Of a DNA stretch of 64,000 nt, positions 60,105 through 64,000 are shown piece after piece. The translations under genes and the position numbers were made by a program. How positions within the stretch are numbered: the first letter of the stretch is position 1; each line of letters begins with the position of its first letter. The stretch comes from Cetorhinus maximus (taxonomy: Eukaryota), in NCBI RefSeq assembly GCF_964194155.1, contig NW_027596338.1, forward strand, positions 62,001 through 126,000, given 5' to 3'. Under the pieces are notes generated by a model that was given only the letters and a program-made list of their open reading frames with translations, was not told where the DNA came from and made no database searches.

Positions 60105-61085
60105 GAATCACAGTGCAGAAGAGGCCCTTCAGCCCATCGAGTCTGGACTGACACATGAGAAACACCTGACCTACCTATCTAATCCTATCACCAGCACTTG
60201 GCCCATAGCCTTGAATGTTATGACGTGCCAAGTGCTCATCCAGGTACTTTTTAAAGGATGTGAGGCAACCCGCCTCCACCACCCTCCCAGGCAGTGCATT
60301 CCAGACCGTCTGGGTAAAAGCGTTTTTCCTCACATCCCCCCCTAAACCTCCTGCCCATTAGCTTGAACTTATGCCCCCTTGTGACTGACCCTTCAACTAA
60401 GGGGAACAGCTGCTCCCTATCCACCCTGTACATGCCCCTCATAATCTTGTACACCTCGATCAGGTCGCCCCTCAGTCTTCTCTGCTCCAACGAAAACAAC
60501 CCAAGTCTTTCCAACCTCTCTTCATAAGATAAATGTTTCATCTCAGGCAACATCATGGTGAATCTCCTCTGCACCCCCTCCAGTACAATCACATCCTTCC
60601 TATAATGTGGCGACCAGAACTGCACAGTACTCCAACTGTGACCTCACCAAGGTTCTATACAACTCCAACATGAGCTCCCTTTTGTAATCTATGCCTCAAT
60701 TGATCAAGGCAAGTGTCCCATATGCCTTCTTCACCACCCCACTAACATGCCCCTGTGCCTTCAGAGATCTATGGACACACACGCCAAGGTCCCTTTGTTC
60801 CTCAGAACTTCCTAGTGCCATGCCGTTCATTGAATACTTCCCTGTCAAATTACTCCTTCCAAACTGTATCACCTCACACTTTTCAGGGTTAAATTCCATC
60901 TGCCACTTATCTGCCCATTTGACCATCCCATCTATATCTTCCTGTAGCCCAAGACACTCAACCTCACTGTTAACCACCCGGCCAATCTTTGTGTCATCCG
61001 CAAACTTACTAATCCTACCCCCCACATAGTCATCTATGTCGTTTATATAAATGACAAATAATAGGGGACCGAGCACAGATCCCTG
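60105..61085 (-). mobile_element. Nested 5'-truncated CR1, close relative of 25628-26917
   Basis: LGPLLFVIYINDID, KFADDTK, QFWSPHYRKDVIVLEGVQRRF. Confidence 0.93.
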
Positions 61086-61231
61086 TTCAGGTGTAGACCT
61101 TGTATAGGTCCCATGTTCCTCAGAACCGGTCCCAATGCCTCAGAAATCTGAGGCCCTCCCTCCTACAGCAACTTTCCAGCCATGTGTTTATTCTCTCAGT
61201 TCTCCTATTTCTATACTCACTTGTCTAAGTG

Positions 61232-61753
61232 TCATAGAGGTCTACAGCAAAGAAAAAGGCCCTTCGGCCCATCGAGTCTGTGCAGGTCAAACGAGTACCT
61301 GATTATTCTAATCCCATTTTTCAGCACTAGGCCCATAGCCTTGTATACCATGGCATCGCAAGTGCACATCCAAATACTTCTTAAATGTTATGCGGCTTTC
61401 TGCCTCTACCACCCTTTCAGGCAGTGAGTTCCAGATTCCCACCATCCTCTGGGTGAAAAAATTCTTCCTCACATCCCCTCTAAACCTCCTGCCCCTTACC
61501 TTAAATCTATGCCCCCTGGTTATTGATCCCTCCACCAAGGGGATAAGTTCCTTCTTGTCTACCATATCTATGCCCTTCATAATTTTATACACCTCAATCA
61601 TGTCCCCCCTCAATTTCCTCTGCTCCAGGGAAAATAACCCCAGTCTATCCAATCTCTCCTCACAACTAAAACGCTCCAGCCCAGGCAACATCCTGGTAAA
61701 TCTCTGCTCTCTCTCTCTCTCTCTCTCTCGAGTGCAATCACATCCTTATAATG
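61232..61753 (-). mobile_element. CR1 3' fragment directly fused to a tRNA-Arg head
   Basis: HYKDVIALE..MLPGLERFSCEERLDRLGLFSLEQRKLRGDMIEVYK..WD and CR1 tail. Confidence 0.9.
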
Positions 61754-61844
61754 TGACTCTGGTGGGACTTGAACCCACAACCTTTGAATACCTGACCTAT
61801 CACTGATGAGAAGGCCAGCATGCTGCCCATTGCACCACAGAGCC
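61754..61844 (-). tRNA. Intron-containing tRNA-Arg(TCT)-derived sequence; probable retro-pseudogene
   Basis: Reverse complement GGCTCTGTGGTGCAATGGGCAGCATGCTGGCCTTCTC[atcagtgataggtcaggt]ATTCAAAGGTTGTGGGTTCAAGTCCCACCAGAGTCA, colinear with vertebrate Arg-TCT genes. Confidence 0.88.
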
Positions 61845-62344
61845 ACGTTTGCAGGTGGGACTGGGAATAATCCTGACATTAATGCTTTAGAGGCTCTGCT
61901 TTTCAATCCCCTTCCTAGCTCCTTAAAGTCTGCTTGCAGAACCTCATCCCTTTTCCTACCTAAGTCATTGATCCAACGTGGACCACAATCTCTGACTGAT
62001 CACCCTCCCCCATGGAATGTCCTGCAGCCGCTCCATGACATCCTTGACCCTGGCACCAGAGAGGCAACATACCATCCTGGGGTCATGTATACAGCCACAG
62101 AAGCACCTGTCTGTTCCCCTAAATAACGAATCTCCTATTATTATAGCTCTTCCTCTCTTCTTCCTCCCCTCCTGTGCAGCAGAGCCGCTTGTAGTGCCAC
62201 AAACCTGGCTCTGACTGCACTCCTCTGAGGAACCAATGTCCTCACCAGTGAACAAAACAGAAAATCGAACGATGAGCGTGACCCCAGGGGCTCCTGCAAT
62301 ACCTGCCTAGTTCTCTTGGACTGTCTGGCGGTCACCCATTTCAT

Positions 62345-63395
62345 AGAGTCATAGAGTTAGTTATACAGCACAGAAACAGGTCCTTCAGCCCATCGTGTCT
62401 GTGCCGGCCATCAAACCCTGATCTATTCTAATCCCATTTTCCAGCACTTGGCCCGTAGACTTGTATGCTGTGGCGTTTCAAGTGCTCATCTAAATACTTC
62501 TTCCTTTCTGCCTCCAGGCTCCTAAGCTGCGATGTGGCCACCTCTCTGGTGGAATGGGCGGACAGGTGGCAGATGAAGTTCAATGCAGAGAAATGTGAAG
62601 TGATTCATTTTGGTACGAAGAGCATGGAGAGACATATAGAAATAAAGGGTACAATTCTAAAGAGTGTAAAGGAGCAACTCACCGAGTTCCATTCTCCTGC
62701 CTTCTTCCCCTAACCCTGTACATTCTTCGTTCTCAGGTAACAGTCTAATTCCCTTTTGAATGCTTCAATTGAACCTGCCTTCACCACACCCTCAGGCAGT
62801 GCATTCCAGACCCTAACCACTCGCTGCGTAAAAATACATTTCTGCTCATATCACTTTTGCTTCTTTTACTAATTACTTTGAATCTGTGCCCTCTTGTTCT
62901 GGATCCTTTCACGAGCAGGAACAATTTCTCCCTATCTACTCTGTCTGAACCCCATATGACTGAATAGTTCTATCAAATCAAACAACTCCTTCTCAAATAC
63001 CGTATAGGTCAGTTCATTTCTTGGAAGCGGCCTGCTTGTTGACAGTCCCAAGGTGAACTTAAGACCTTTTAAAAAAAAATCCCAGGTTAGCATCCACATG
63101 TCCAGATCATGCCAAATCCTTCCACTTTGTAAAAGAAAACTTCAGTCATGAGAGATGTGAGCCCAACAGAATGGCAATATATTTCCAAGTCAGGATGGTG
63201 AGTGACATGGAGGGGAATTTTCAAGTGGTGGTGTTCCCATGTGTCTGCTGACCATGTTCTTCTAGATGGTAGTGGTCATGGGTTTGGAAGGTGCTGTCTA
63301 AGGAGCCTTGGTGAATTCCTGCAGTTTGTCTCTTAGATGGTACACACTGATGCTGCTGTGTGTCGGTGGTGGAGGGAGTGAATGTTTGTGGATAG
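62345..63395. mobile_element. Mixed short CR1 and CR1-like fragments
   Basis: CR1 tails on minus (62345-62500, 62690-62975, 63160-63395) and WADRWQMKFNAEKCEVIHFG on plus. Confidence 0.7.
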
Positions 63396-64000
63396 GAGTC
63401 CTGGACCAAGGGAGCCAACTGACAACAACATTTTAATTGGCTCCTGACCAGGTGACCAGGGTTTGTGTAGCTGAAAGTGCAGCAGAAAGTTCCTGGCCTG
63501 CAAAGAGAAAACGCCTAAAATCTCTTTTCCTCATATCTCTATAACCTGCTCTAAGGAAACCCCTGTAAAAAGGAAAGGGGGAAAACCACTGTTAGAGACA
63601 TTGAAAAGCAAGTTTTCAACCAGAGAAATAAAAACTGAAAGTGCTGGAAGACCACCTCGTGTCATTAACAAAGAACTGAAAGGAATTTGGAAGACATTGA
63701 TCAAAATCAACCATCAAATCCTGTACTCCAGACTGGTGCTATTGAACTGTTTTATCCTACCCTTAAAATCCATGTTTTGTGTGTCTGATGTGTGCGTATA
63801 AGGATTTAAGAAGAGGGTAGAGTTTAAGTTATAGTGTTAGAAGTTAGCAGTTCATATTTCCTATTTTTGCCACTGGTTAAAGACAATTTGTTCAATAAAC
63901 AGCTATTTACTTATTAAATTTACAAACCTGGTGCTCCTATTCTCTTAACCTAAGTTAAACAGTTAGGTAGAATTGGGGCAATTTGGTGTTTTGGTCAAAC

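Larger units (their letters stand above)
59150..62342 (-). mobile_element. CR1 LINE 5' region (ORF1 esterase and endonuclease remnants) hosting two nested insertions
   Basis: GRAIIIGDSLFRGTDRCFCG..VCCLSGARVKDV; PVRLGAILELVLGNEAGQV. Confidence 0.85.

Noticed and set aside
63400-64000. Possible LTR at the window end
   Set aside because: Only an AATAAA and general composition; termini not visible

Overview
Vertebrate genomic DNA, most likely a cartilaginous fish (shark). This is an inference from the mix of CR1, L2, RTE and Penelope-like elements, Deu-type and other tRNA-derived SINEs, and the MEKPWKC-type zinc-finger genes. The window is a cluster of KRAB-less C2H2 zinc-finger genes, each with the finger array in a single exon: about 10 long arrays on both strands (roughly 4-5 plausibly intact, the rest frameshifted or lacking an ATG) plus several decayed stubs. 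They sit among retroelement fragments and are built from shared modules: a YY1/ZNF143-SBS/NRF1-like promoter cassette, a GC-rich first exon, a conserved intron block, a decayed-finger leader and a conserved 3' tail. Most notable observations: (1) a conserved 17-codon C-terminal tail ([17 protein letters not shown]) that is encoded in some paralogs and stays in frame behind a TGA in others, plus recurrent stop/start toggling at fixed leader positions; (2) an intron-containing pre-tRNA-Arg(TCT) fused to a CR1 3' end as one insertion; (3) a tRNA-Lys-derived sequence with compensatory stem changes and a TGC anticodon; (4) a 5-6 kb inverted segmental duplication with reciprocal filled/empty sites (rpl37 retrocopy versus CR1); (5) an ERV-like LTR with a 7 x 66-bp array between its TATA box and poly(A) signal; (6) two local inverted repeats. 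All alignments were done by eye, so boundaries are approximate and identity values are estimates.
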